From Eledone cirrhosa (taxonomy: Eukaryota): a stretch of 64,000 nucleotides of DNA. The position numbers and the translations under genes are program-made. Shown here piece by piece: positions 44,702-59,200 of this stretch (position 1 is the first letter of the stretch; each line of letters begins with the position of its first letter). The notes beneath the pieces were generated by a model. It was not told the origin of the DNA, ran no database searches, and saw only the letters and a list, made by a program, of their open reading frames with translations. The stretch spans positions 299,274,001-299,338,000 of the forward strand of contig OZ024741.1 in NCBI GenBank assembly GCA_964016885.1. The letters run 5' to 3'.

Positions 44702-46678
44702 TAAAATAACAGATTAAAGTTTAAGCAAAGAATCGCTGCTTTCACCCTTAACGGGATCTTCTGAAACTAACAAAGTCAATCTGTAAACGCAGAAGTGGAT
44801 ATTTAAAAAATGTTGCAACTGGAGGAAGACAGGAAGACGATACTTTGGTTCGTGGAAACGTTCCCTGGCAAAGAACGGGAAAAAACAAATATAATACGTC
44901 ATTAATAGGAGCGGTGAAAAACAATTACGCGCAAAGACAGAACCACGTTTATGGTATAAAAGAAGTCGTAGACTAATGTTCTCTTAGGTGGTTCATAGAG
45001 ACGTTCTCTGGCAATGAACGGAAAAAACAAAGTTACTCTACGACTCCTAACCTTGCACATAACATCACAGCTTCAAATTTAGCTAAACTACCTAGCCGTA
45101 GGAACACGTGCAACCCTGTAGTTAGTACTAACTGTAATTGTAGGAATCGGGTTGATTTCCCCCTATCAGGGAAATGCCTCTCTAGTAACATTGTCTACAA
45201 ATGTAAGGTTGAAAGACCCACGTTCCGTAGGGCCTACATAGGGTTAACCGCCAATAGATTCAAGCAGCGTCTTTACATGCATACCCATTCTTTTCGTTAC
45301 CCTCTAAGAAGGAATATGACATCACTTTCAGCTTATATCTGGGTTCTAAAAGACAACCACACCCAATTTAAGTTACACTGGGAGATCGTAGCTAGGGCTA
45401 GATCGTATAAAGGAAATAAAAGACCATGTGTCCTCTGCGCCGCTGGGGCCCTGGAAATACTCTACGCCACAGACCACATCTTAAACAAAAAATCTGAGGC
45501 AATTTAGGCTTGTAAACATAAATTGCACAAAACTTTCCTGTATTACAGCCCACATTATACCCTAACGGATAGTACGATCTATACGTCGATATTTTACGTC
45601 TTGATGTGGTAGCTAAGTATATGTTCTGTTTATACCATTACTTATTTGCATAGGTAAGTATATATTACCTGTATGTTTTGTGAAGGTACGTATACTTTCT
45701 CATACGTGTATTTGATTGATTATGTTATGGCGTATACATTTTCTATATATTCTGGTACATATGGTTTTGTTATGTATATACGGGAGTTTTGCGTCTGCGT
45801 GAGTATACAGGTTCGTACGTATGTAGGGTGTGTGTATATGTGTACTTCATGTTTTGGTTGACTTACGTCTCCGAACATTTGTGTATTTACATGTAGGTAT
45901 GTGTGTGCTCTTGTTATATACGTATTTATTTATTTATATACGTTTATTTAATTATTTATTTAATTGTATACACGCACACACACACACACTTATTTATAAG
46001 TGCGTGGTTTTGTATACCTATGGCAAGTGTTTTGCGTATGCTTGTGTATGTACGTATTTGCATGAGTGTATGCATTTATTTAATTTCTATTACCTCTGTA
46101 TTGTATTTATTTACTTTATTCTTAACTCTGAAGCGGAGATTCATTCGGTTTGCTAGTTAGAATTTAGTCTTCGACTTCAGCTATACCATTTACGTGGTTT
46201 TGTCTTTGCTTGCAATTGTTCTCCAACGTTCCACATATGACGTATTATCTTTGTTTTTTCCGTTCATTGCCAGAGAACGTCTCTATGCACCACCCAAGAG
46301 AACATTAGTCTACGACCTCTTTTATACCATAAACGTGGTTCTGTCTTTGCGCGTAATTGTTTTTCACCGCTCCTATTAATGACGTATTATGTTCGTTTTT
46401 TCCCGTTCTTTGACAGGGAACGTTTCCACGAACCAAAGTATCGTCTTCCTGTCTTCCTCCGGTTGCAACATTTTTTTAAATATCCACATCTGCGTTTACA
46501 GATTGACTTTGTTAGTTTCAGAAGATCCCGTTAAGGGTGAAAGCAACGATTGTTTGCTTAAACTTTAATCTGTTATTTTAATAAATATTTGCTATACGGT
46601 TCTTATATATTTGATATATATTTATGCTTATCGAGCCCTCTTTGGATTTTAGTCTTCAAATTTATTATTATTACTATA
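44698..46678 (+). mobile_element. Second Nematis-like PLE: inverted pLTR, GIY-YIG endonuclease remnant, 3' UTR/pLTR
   Basis: 44698-45030 inverted vs ~46250-46587; CNCRNRVDFPLSGKCLSSNIVY...AYIGLTANRFKQRLYMH...TSLSAYIW...CVLC...ILNKKSE..CKH at ~45130-45540. Confidence 0.92.
46514..46564 (+). ncRNA. Type I hammerhead-like motif with CAGAAGA core; mirror at 44718-44768
   Basis: Stem I AGTTT/AAACT, stem II CCC/GGG, GAAA, stem III AGCAA/TTGCT, triplet CTT. Confidence 0.65.
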
Positions 46679-46680
46679 TA

Positions 46681-46722
<42 letters not shown>

Positions 46723-47004
46723 AAATACATATATAATGCATATATATGTTACATATGTATTATATATATGTAACATACATATATATGCATTATGTATATA
46801 TGTGCATACATATATATATATATATATATGCACACACACACACACACACTCACGCATATATATATTATAAAGAAGAGAGACGGTTTTAAGTGTACATCCC
46901 CTATTTATTATATAATCCTGTTATCGGTATTTCAATAAGTGGAGTGTTTTACGTCTGTTTCCAAATACGGTAGATTAATTGATCAACCAACGTTTCTTCA
47001 CTTG

Positions 47005-47043
<39 letters not shown>

Positions 47044-47531
47044 ATATATATACAATATATATATATATATACAATATATATATATGTATATATATATATA
47101 TAATATATATATATATATATACGTGTGTGTGTGAGCGTGTGTATGTGTGTGTGAAAGAGAGATAGAGGGAAAGAGAGAGAGATAGATAGAAATAGATAGA
47201 TATATAGATAAATAGATAGACAGATAGATAGAGAGAGAGAGAGAGGGGGGGGGAGAAAATAGGTAGGAAGAAAGAACTTGTGTAATTTGTCATTTTCGAA
47301 AGCGATCATTTCAGAACGAGTCACCTGTTTCTTTATATATGCATCTTCTTATTTCTTCTCTTTCCGAATCCAAATCTCTTTCTCTCTTTCTCATTCTGTT
47401 TTCCGATGAAGGACTAACCTTCAAAATGTTGAACCCTATTCCTACTAAATAAGATTTTAAATTAATATATATATGTATCTGTGTGTTTGTGTGTGTGTGT
47501 GTTTGTGAGTGTGTGTGTGTATGTGTGTGTG

Positions 47532-47577
<46 letters not shown>

Positions 47578-47583
<6 letters not shown>

Positions 47584-47716
47584 ATAATAATAAATTTGAA
47601 GACTAAAATCCAAAGAGGGCTCGATAAGGATAAATATAGAGCAAATATTTATTAAAATAACAGATTAAAGTTTAAGCAAAGAATCTTTGCTTAAACTTTA
47701 ATATGTTATTTTAATA
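47578..47716. mobile_element. Antisense pLTR end of the 44698-46678 family ending in a ~65-bp hairpin
   Basis: 47578-47680 is the reverse complement of 46555-46678; ATTAAAATAACAGATTAAAGTTTAAGCAAAG-AAT-CTTTGCTTAAACTTTAATATGTTATTTTAAT. Confidence 0.8.
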
Positions 47717-47719
47717 TAT

Positions 47720-47852
<133 letters not shown>

Positions 47853-47853
47853 C

Positions 47854-47938
<85 letters not shown>

Positions 47939-49436
47939 CTGTGTGTGTGTATGTATATATATATATAATAAGGAAGACGTCAATTTGTATGTATCTTACA
48001 CTATATTATTAATTACTTTTTTTATGTCATATATATTTTGATGGTATCTATTGTATAATACATAATACCTTGTGTAATCAGATATTCAATGTCTGATATG
48101 TCCCATGCATCTTAGGATATTACATTATAATTATCTTATTCCATTTACCCCTACTCTTCCTTCATTTTCTCCTCCTCCTCCTCCTCCTCCTCCTCCTCCT
48201 CCTCCTCCTCCTCCTCCTCTTCCTACTTTTCTCTCTTTCTCCAACCCAAGATATATTTATATGTGCTGAACCTAACCAACATTAGCTGACATTCCTGATG
48301 ATTTAAAACCTATGAAATATCTTTCGCTCTGTAGATGTCAGAATATATAACGACTAAACACTCAACTTAAAGGAGAAATGTTAATGTGGTTGTTTGTATA
48401 ATTCCATGTTGTTCTGTAGTTTTGAAAAAATAATTTTTCATGGTAAGTGAAAAAAAGGATCTAAATTAAAAAGTCACAAAAGTTTCGTTTTATTAGAAAA
48501 AATCTTAGTGTATTGTACGAGAACAATAACCATAACTTTGAAACCATGAGTTATATATCTATCATAAAACATATTTTTTAAAATGTTCAGCTTTTAAGAA
48601 ACCGATATAAAACTAATGTATGCATTTAATAACTTAGTTCCCCCAGGCCAACGTCAATAAGTAGAAAATAAAATAACAAATACTAAAGTAAGGAAACCTA
48701 TATATGATTAAAATTGTTTACTTTTAATGTCTTTCATGCAAGCATTAGAGCGTATCTGATGAAGTGATTTCATATTAAATATCGTACTTATTTACAGCTA
48801 TTCTTTTCCATATGATTTTTTAATATATTTTATTAAGTCACTCTTAACAGAATTTTTTTTCACATATTCTTCTGTGAATTTTGTTGACTGATACACTTTC
48901 CCCATTACTATAAAACCTCAGAGAAGACGGCCAATATGCTATTATTTGGGTAAACCGTAAAACATGAGTCATTAAAAGAAGTCCCACATAATAACAATAT
49001 GTTTTAACCTTTATAACCAGCGAAGTAGAAAGTCTATAATAACAACTACAATACTTTACTGGTATTTTATTTTATCAGCCCCAGATTGACGAAAGCTTAA
49101 ACTGACCCTGGTAGATTTGAATTCGGAAAATAAAAAGCCACGAATCATTTGTATTTCCAGGAAGTAGTTGAGAAGCCGAATAGATTCTTCTCTTTATATA
49201 TATATATATATATATAAATATAAATTTAGCGAGAATCGTATTTCAGCAGGAGGTAGAAAATAAGCGAAACGCAGTTTCCGAGTTATGCTGGCAAGCGCTC
49301 CATGGACCAAAAGCCATCAGAGTAATAAACATAGGTTATAAAGGCCATACAACCTGAGCCGCCGGTTAAGAAGCTATCAACCACCTAACCCCCAAAACGA
49401 GGCAAGCTAAACGGCTGAGACAAAATAAATGAAGTA

Positions 49437-49490
<54 letters not shown>

Positions 49491-49768
49491 AGTTACGTAA
49501 GTCTGATATTTGATTTCGGATTCATAGAAACACTTTAAACGTATAACGTTTGATTTGCCCAGGTGCGTTTTTCTCAACCTGTTAGTTCTTTCGTTACTTT
49601 GGTATATTGTGTGTTAGATTTTGCTTACCACAATGTTCAATTTGTCAAGCTATTTAAACGTATGTTATTACTCTGAGGACCTACCTTGTCGAGTGCTTTG
49701 CTAACTCATTCTCATGGTAGGCCGAATTTGCTTGCACACCGCCAGAGATTCGATTTTACTAAATATCC

Positions 49769-49818
<50 letters not shown>

Positions 49819-49829
49819 TGTATATATAG

Positions 49830-50043
49830 GAAAAGAGTCAGGAGATCGGCGGCTGACACTAAACCAGTAGTGTTAGGACGGTCCTGACACTACTGGTTTA
49901 GTTTGGATCTAGCTGCCGAAACAGCCGGAGCTCAGCTGTCGGGGTCCTGCCTCTTTTCCTATTACCCACTCTACTACCCTAGACATCGAGTAGTCTTGTG
50001 CCCTATGGTCCAGCTGGTTCCTTTCCACACGTCCTTCGTTATA
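49830..50043. mobile_element. Diverged hairpin-headed repeat copy with a long internal stem-loop
   Basis: ACTAAACCAGTAGTGTTAGGA-CGG-TCCTGACACTACTGGTTTAGT closed by CGGCGGCT/AGCTGCCG, then AAAC. Confidence 0.7.
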
Positions 50044-50062
50044 TAAATATATATATATACAC

Positions 50063-50412
<350 letters not shown>

Positions 50413-50549
50413 CTTATACTCCGTTTTACATCATCTAGCTGTTCCCTTGAATGGAATTGGAGATATACAAAAGCGTGGAGAACTTAATATTGCTAACATA
50501 AATTTATTGGACCTTTTTACACAACCAATAATGCACCTTACTATATAAC

Positions 50550-50629
<80 letters not shown>

Positions 50630-51974
50630 TATATATATGTAATGGAACATTTTAAAATCTAAATTAAATAAAAATATTGAAAATAATTTCGGAAAAGGGG
50701 CTATAACAGACATAGTGTATAATGTATATTAAGATTTTGTTTTAGATTCGCTCATATACATGTAATTGTACGTAATTATTAATCTCTCTTCAAAATCTGC
50801 CTTCCCACAATGTTCTATATTTTGTTGCAGAAAACTACCCGCGTGATTCCTTTTTAAATATTTTCTTATAATTGCTATAACGCTTCTGTGCGATCGATAT
50901 GGCAGAAACAAACTTTGAAATTACTAAGTCACTTTTTCCTTAGGAGGCATAATTAGCCTAGCTTTAATTTTCTCATTTGAAAATTAGAAAATAAGAAGTG
51001 AAGACTAATAAAGTAATTATTTTACGACTTTATGCAACCAAACTAAAATCGATAAAAAGAAGATATGTGTTGTTCTCTTAAATTGTCACTAATGGTTGTT
51101 CTAACCTAAGGAAAACGTCTTTTTAACAGTGCTCACCGACCTCAAAACTCCTTCAAAACTCTCTTACCACTGTCCTAAAATTAATAAACATATATTGGTT
51201 TTAGATGTTACCAGAAATAAATGGCCCTTCCATATATGATGTTCGTCATTAAAATCGTGAATGGCTAAAAATATTCACGTTGAATGTCTGTAATTGCTGT
51301 GCATAGGTGGCCTCTGTTTGTGATGTTTTATATCTACTGGTCACAGGCGTCACAGCATATCCTATAGGAATGCCGACACTAATTCGTAGATGTTACAATT
51401 CATTAAACATCGTTTTCGTTAGAGCTGATCGTGGATGGGTAGGGAGCAAACAACAACAACACCATACATTATTTTGAAAGAATAATGGTATATAAATTGT
51501 TTTGATGTTCAGGTTATACACAAAAATAATTATCAAAGTCAATGAAACAGATTTCTGTGTATAAATACTTATATCACAATATCTGTTTACTAAGATTCTT
51601 ATGATATCAACATTTTGAGGACTAGCTTTCACACACATACACACTTCCATCTCACACACATATAGATACTCATATAATTACACACAAATATGATTAATAT
51701 TTACTGGTGTCATTCAAAATTTATGACATAAATTATTCAACTCAATATAAAATGAGATGCTAAGAGTCATCGTTAATATATATATACCGAATTATCTCTG
51801 TTTTCCCATCAATATAAAATTCAATACAGAAACAGCAGATATGACGTCGTCTGCCAAATAACAAGGGACGCACACATTATGCTATTTCATCGAATTAAGT
51901 AAACCAGTGAAAGACTTTTATTGGAAATATTTTCCATTCAAGTTTTAGGGTTAATTAATAGATGTTAGAAAGCA

Positions 51975-52396
51975 ATAACATTATCATCACCATCATCGTC
52001 ATCATCATCATCATCATTATCATCATCATCATCAACATCATCATCGTCGTCGTCATCGTCGTCGTCATAATCATTTTCGTCAACATCATCGGTGATCATC
52101 ATTATCGTTATCATCATCATCATTATCATGACAACGAAAACAACGTCGACAATATTCATAATATTGTCGACGTTGTTTTTGTCGTCGTCATCCCCATCAT
52201 CATCCTCATCAGTGGTGTTCAGTTTCACCATCATCACCATCGTCATGAATGTTATCGTCGCCTTCAGCATCAACATCAACATCGTCATCGTTATCTTCAT
52301 CATCACCCTCATCATCATTATCGTCGGCGTCATCATAATCATCATCATCATCATCATCATCATCATTTTCCTTAGTTATCATCATTATTTTCATCA
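51975..52396. repeat. Degenerate (ATC)n trinucleotide tract
   Basis: Directly visible; produces poly-H/I/D/M pseudo-ORFs. Confidence 0.95.
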
Positions 52397-52582
52397 TGGA
52401 TTGGCAGTATCGGTAGAGAGTCGGACACCATGCTTTGAAGCATAGAGTTACGTCCCTTTATGATCTGAGTTCAAATCCCGCCGAGGTTAACTTTGCCTTT
52501 CATCCTTACGGGGTCTATAAAATAAAGTACCAGTAATGTACTGGGTAATTGCTGGCCTTGTGCCTAAAATAGAAACAATTAT
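52396..52582 (+). mobile_element. tRNA-derived SINE
   Basis: Family match. Confidence 0.9.
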
Positions 52583-53238
52583 TTTCATCATCCCCATCAG
52601 CAATATCAGAGATTGTAATAATCATCGTCGGCATGATTATTGCCATCATCAACCTCTTCATGACCTTCGTCGTCACCATCGTTAGAAATAGTAGTTAAAT
52701 TTGCATCGGATCCTCCGGCGTCGTGGGTTTCATTCACACGAAAAATAAAAACGAGATGGACATGGATAGAAAATGTTTGATCATAGATTGGCTCAATCGT
52801 GACTGAGCTGGTGCTATACAGCCACAACAACAGCCACTGAAAATGAGCCTTCGAACCTAATTGCTACTTATATTTCCCTTTCAACATATTGATTGACGCT
52901 TCTCAAATGGTCGAGATCGGGATCAACGCACTTGTGTGATGAATTTCTTAACCACGGAGCGACACCTACGCTAACATCTTTTCCTGAGCACATTAAAAAG
53001 AATTCAATCTTTTTTTAACACTAGGTTGCCGACCACCTGTCCCTTTTTTATACTGGCTTTTGTATTGACTACTAATCTGGTAGTTTTTGTAAAGTATTTC
53101 CCAACTTTTCCAATAATTTTTTTTTCCGATAACCAAGAAGGTGTGTCTTTACACAAAATAGACATGAGATGAAAGCATATGCGAAATAAAATACACACTC
53201 ATACATGTATATATACATAGATATATCACCCCCCCCCC

Positions 53239-53343
<105 letters not shown>

Positions 53344-53358
53344 TATATATATATATAT

Positions 53359-53845
53359 AAAGTAAGTATGTTTTGAAACAGTGAGCAAGATTGAAATTAG
53401 AAAATAGAAGCTTTCACCGTATTTTTTTACTAAAGAAATTTTAGCCTGATAGTGGGGTTTAGAACCCTCAGAAGAATGGAAAAAGATGAATATTGACGTA
53501 CATCGGTGTCGAACCCACATCTTTGGTAATCGAGACCACTATCAGACTAACATTTCTTTAGTAAAAAAATACGATGAAAGCTTCTATTTTCTAATTTCAA
53601 ACTTGCTCACTGTTTAAAAACATACTTACTTGTCATCATACTTGCTAAGAATGAAGCTTCTAATTTGAATGAAGGATATGGGTGATATGTGTGTGTAATG
53701 GTAGCACAGTGGTCTGGATAACCACAGATGTGGGTTCAACTCCCATGTACGTCAATACTCATCTTTTTTCCATTCTTCTGAGGATTCTAAACCCCACTAT
53801 CAGGCTAAATATTTCTTTAGTGAAAAAATACGGTGAAAGCTTCTA
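53359..53845. mobile_element. tRNA-cloverleaf-bearing repeat unit, inverted + tandem array in (TA)n
   Basis: Antisense 53359-~53540, then sense to 53845; cloverleaf ~53684-53754; homologous to 62755-63741. Confidence 0.85.
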
Positions 53846-53987
53846 TATATATATATATATATATATATATCAAAAGAAAACTGCATCTCCTATTCATTTT
53901 ATCTGACGGGAACATGCAAAATATAGATAATAGAATAAATTGAAATGATCTAAAGTAAACTATCTTTTGTTATATATATATATAAAT

Positions 53988-54275
<288 letters not shown>

Positions 54276-54889
54276 CATATATATTTACACATATATACAC
54301 ACACACGCACACACACACACAAACATATATATACAGACACAGCGATGCAAACATGTATATATGCATGCATATATGTGTATGCATGTATATACAGTCGATA
54401 AACATGATATTCCCATTCTCAAATACATACAGGCATATCGAAGCAACAAACACACACATATATATCAATGCCTGAACTCTTACAGTACGAGTACTACAAA
54501 AATGTTGCCCTTAAACACTTCCGAACACTTTCTTCTGAAGAAATTCTTTTGATAATAAACTCTTTTATAAAACCAATGTTTCTCCGATTTAGATTTCATA
54601 AACCTCCACCCAGCTATATTAACATCTAGCTTTTTTATTCTTCAAATATTATCGCACACACACTCGGACACATATTTATCTGTCGTTTATAACTTCCAGC
54701 TCTCTATAGATTTATATATTACTAATATTATTGCCAGTATAATTCTTAGTTTCAAGCCTACTTCAGTAGTGTCATTTCGTACATAAAAAATGGGTACATG
54801 CTTAAAACATCTTGAAGACTAACAATGTTATATGAGAATGCCCTAATAATATCAATAGATACTTGCATTGATATTTTCTAAAGAGAATA

Positions 54890-55030
54890 TTATCATCATC
54901 AGACATCTTCATTATCATGATTATATTGATTATCATGTCCATCATCACCCTCATCATCATCCTCATCATCATCATCATCATTATATTGATCATAATGATC
55001 ATGATGATCATCATCATCGTCATCATTATT
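54890..55030. repeat. Degenerate (ATC)n tract
   Basis: Directly visible. Confidence 0.9.
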
Positions 55031-55064
55031 TCTTTTGATATTTGCATTTCTTCATTCTGAAATC

Positions 55065-55335
55065 GATAAAAGAAAGTATCAGGTCAGTACTAAGGTCGAT
55101 ATAATCGACCTCCCCCCCCCCAATTGCTGGCCTTGTGCCTAAATCAGATACCATTATTATTATTATTTGCAGCATAGGGTTATGGCGGCGTCAGACAAAA
55201 TGCTTTGCAGCATAGAGTCAGCGCCCTTTCCGTTTGTGTTCAAATCCCGCCGAGGTTAATTTGCCTTTCATCCTTACAGGGTAGATGAAATAAAGTACCA
55301 GTCATACACTGCGGTCGATTTAATCCACCTTCCCT
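55065..55335 (+). mobile_element. Two adjacent SINE pieces
   Basis: 3' part at 55065-55160 followed by head/body at ~55190-55335. Confidence 0.75.
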
Positions 55336-55336
55336 T

Positions 55337-56055
55337 GAGATTTCAGTTCTATTTTCTGTTTCGGTGTTTCTTTAATTGATTGAGTATAAGGCTTTGAAGT
55401 TCTTGAAGTTAATTTGTATTTCCTAATGACATTGACTGGACAGATTCCCTCGCATATATTTCATCCAATATCGATATTTCACCTCTTATCATTTCAATTT
55501 ATTTCTCAATTCGCATCTTACGGGATGGTTTGTTGTAAGTTCTGTGTCCTTTTCTTTTTTCTTTATCATACATCTATTTTCCATTACCATTGCTGCTGCA
55601 TAAATAACCTTATTCAAATCTGATATATTAGACCCCATCTCTTCAATTACTGCTTTAACAGTATGCTTTCCATTTCTAATGTGTCTTTCGTTGTGATGTT
55701 TGCAAACATATCCGCAATCCACTCATAATACTGTTACATTTCCAAGCTCTTTGTTCAAACCGATCCTTATGCTCGTTTGTAAAAATATCCTCATATATAT
55801 TATTACTCTGTCTTTCAGTGTAACCTGTTCTGTTGTATTTCTGATACTTTCAGTTTTTTGTCGAATTCTTCTGATGACAACTTCATTAATACATTTTGTG
55901 ATTTCTTTTCCTCCCTCTTTCCGATATTGATATTCTAAAATTATTTTCAACATTTTTCTTTCATTTCGTTTAACCCTACATGTGTTTTTCTCTTGTTTAT
56001 AAAAATGTCACTTCCTATATTTACAAACTTGTTTTCAACCGTATCTGTTGTCATA
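55337..56055 (-). mobile_element. Decayed N-terminal region of an R4-like LINE ORF
   Basis: ISDLNKVIYAAAMV...KKKEK...P segment parallels 7560-7900 of the long copy. Confidence 0.5.
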
Positions 56056-57537
56056 TCTGAATTTCACGGCCCCGATGCTCTAAAAGAATGTACTGTGTTT
56101 TGGTTCTGCTCATGAAAATAACATGTAAGTGGCTGACCATTCCACAAGCACATGCCCCCTTAAAGTAACTGTCAGAGAAATTTAACGTGATACAATGTGA
56201 AACAAGGTTGACCAATTCAATACAGTTTTGTCGATCCAATTTCACTTAGCAGAGAGTATGTTATATGATACTTGCAGAAGATACCACGCAGTGTGATCGA
56301 ATCAGGAGCCTAATGATTGTAAAACGATCCTCTTCACAGAAAAAACAAAATCCCAGACACATAAACACACAGACACAAACTCACATATACGCGCTCGCGC
56401 ACACACATACACATACACATACAGACGTTGACAAGCGAAAAATCAATCAAACAATGGAATTAGGTTTGTTTGTATAACATGAAATATTCAACAATTGAAA
56501 GTGTAGAACTTATAGTCAAAACGGAACACTGACAGCATTGTATTGAGAAAAGAACTTTGTCTCCTTGCCCGAAGTGTTTATTCAGAAGCTGGCAAGAAGA
56601 AAGCTAATCTCTCTTTGTTTCACAAAAGAAAGTGTGGTTTTTACTCTATCTTAGAAAAACGAAATGAACGAAGCTCTGTCAGATGTCTGTGTTAATATAT
56701 TATTTGTAGGAAAATGTAAAATCTATTGCACCGACTGTCTGACTTTAGTGACCGGTGAAGGATATAGAAGTCAAGCAGAGACAGTGCGTGAGACATTCAT
56801 TCATAAACATTCATGCTAGTACATAGGGCAGAATAATATAAAGATGGATATTGACTGGATTATTGGAAGAAACGATGTAGCTAATGGCATGTAGGCTTAA
56901 CTGAGACAGCGTGGACTTGCGAGTATTCATGATCCCTCAGTACCACAAAGCTATTGCAGGTGCAGGGCAGAAAATCCAACGTTTACACATGTGAAGGATA
57001 AAGAATAATTGATAGCTTTAAGCCCTGAAGAACCCGAAAGAATAGAAAGATCAGCAGATCTCGGAAAATACTGCTCCAGTAACATCGCCAGCCAAAACAC
57101 CGGTTGCACCTCGGAAAATTAAAAGTAGATACACTTCACCACTGATCACAGAAATAAATGTCTCTATAACGTGATACTACGTAACTAGTGGCCTCACATC
57201 ATGTATGGATGCGTATCCCCAAATGATCTTCATGCTCAGTAAATATTTTAAATATTGTGCTTAATATTATACTTATTTCATGTTTTTATCTAGTTCTGAT
57301 CAAAGAGGATCTCCAGAAGCCCGACGTTACCTCGGAGGATGCAGAGGGACTGATACGGGACTGCAATGAAGGGCACTCTACGCAGGATAATGTCTCTAGG
57401 ATCCCTCATCTAGGATGTTCCCAGTCTCATCGAAGAAAACCAAGAATAATCTAGTTCTGATAAGGCTATAGTATAATGTTCTTGCTCTTATAACGTTTTT
57501 TCCAGCTCGTCACATACTGTAACTCCCTTCACTATCT

Positions 57538-57618
<81 letters not shown>

Positions 57619-57801
57619 ATGAATATTCCCATTTCCTTGTATGTTTTAAACACATGCATCTGCTTATATATTCGTTCATCTACACCCACATACGCACACA
57701 CATAATCACATACACGTACACACACATAGACGTACATGCACACACACATACATATACATACATACATATATATAACACATATACACATACACATACACGC
57801 A

Positions 57802-57870
<69 letters not shown>

Positions 57871-58306
57871 GAACAACAGTAATAATTGACGTTTTTCAAT
57901 AAAAATAACAAAACGACTTTGTTAATTAATCATTAATCATAACGAGAGACTGAGTTAGAAAGAAGGTAACTAAGCAACTAATGATTTATATGAAAGCTAT
58001 AGATGGATAGTCGTGAGTAAAAGGTAGCACCACCCGCCTTCTTAGATAATTTCTAGCTCTATTCTTCGAAACAATTGAAGGAGATACATGTTGCTTTACA
58101 GAAAGCAACAGTTATATATTTAGATATCTTTAAAATATCCCGATTTGCATGAAAATATAAACTGATTCAGTGAAGGTAAAACATGTTAATACTTGTGATA
58201 AGCTAACCCTTTAACTGAAATTGAGAGAGTATAATGTGAACAAGTTCTTTTGTCAAAACGTTAAAAGTCATGTTGAAGACAATTGAAAGTGAATATATGT
58301 TACAAG

Positions 58307-58425
58307 AGCGGGAAATTAGTAGAACTAATAGAAGGTCAGATAGAATGCTTTGCGGTATACTTTCAGGCTCTCAGCCTTCTGTGTTCAAACCCCATCGTGG
58401 TCAACCTTGCTTTTCATCCATTCGA
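58307..58425 (+). mobile_element. Old SINE copy
   Basis: TTCTGTGTTCAAACCCCATCGTGGTCAACCTTGCTTTTCATCC. Confidence 0.65.
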
Positions 58426-58563
58426 GTTCCATACATATGTTATCTGTCTAGCATTGTGGATAAATATTTGGCCCATATCTCTTCCACTCTCTAATTCTAT
58501 CTCACCTCCTCTTTCCCTGGTTATGTTCAGACCAATGGATTGATGGGTTTTGCCAGACTTAAC

Positions 58564-58722
58564 CTGTACAAATGGCGAACTATGAGTGAACGGCGTCGCT
58601 ACGACTCCATCAGGATTTACATATTTATACATTTATTCGGTGTGTTAAATGAAAATTGTTCATAGAGAAATTTAAAATGTATTATATTACAGAATAGTTC
58701 TGGATGATTATTGAGTTGTTAA
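58564..58722 (-). other. Candidate host-gene exon (5' UTR + ATG at 58632, MYKYVNPDGVVATPFTHSSPFVQ)
   Basis: Pyrimidine-rich acceptor ...ACAACTTTCAG|, donor CAG|GTTAAG, non-repetitive sequence; upstream donor AG|GTATGA at 58822 gives a 100-bp intron. Confidence 0.35.
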
Positions 58723-59069
58723 CTGAAAGTTGTGATACAAAAGTACAATAAAGATAAAATGAAGTAAAATCAACAAGTATAACACAATAATTTAGAATAT
58801 ATTACATATGCAGGTTTCATACCTAAGACACTTTATAGAAAATTTTCTTTATTCTTTTCAACAACCGCTAGACAGATGGGAAAATATGAATATTCAAAAT
58901 GAAAAAAATAGCAAATCCCTGATCTATTCAACTAAAGTAGCAATATATTGAATGTTAAGGTTTTTTTGCAACTGTTCGCGTTATGGCCCTATGCTATAAA
59001 TATCTAAATAAGGGGAGAGACAATAGTGTGTAAAAACATGTGTTGTTAATATGATACTTGGCTACAATC

Positions 59070-59200
59070 GGCGCCTGCGCATAAAATGCACGTTAGTGAT
59101 AGATATTAGCACATACTAGGACATAATAATATATGGGGGTTTCCTAATGAAATTAGATTTTAACATATCACATGTACTTTGTTGATGTCGCTATGGTAAC
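59070..59200. promoter_or_regulatory. Candidate promoter: NRF1-like site (59070-59081) and RFX X-box (59187-59200)
   Basis: GGCGCCTGCGCA and GTCGCTATGGTAAC (fits GTYNCY-AT-RGNAAC) in a non-repetitive island. Confidence 0.5.

Noticed and set aside
51962-52445. Poly-His/Asp/Ile/Met ORFs
   Set aside because: Degenerate (ATC)n tract open in several frames, with no splice or domain support
56530-57460. RTE-like LINE 3' remnants
   Set aside because: Only faint resemblance; too decayed to call
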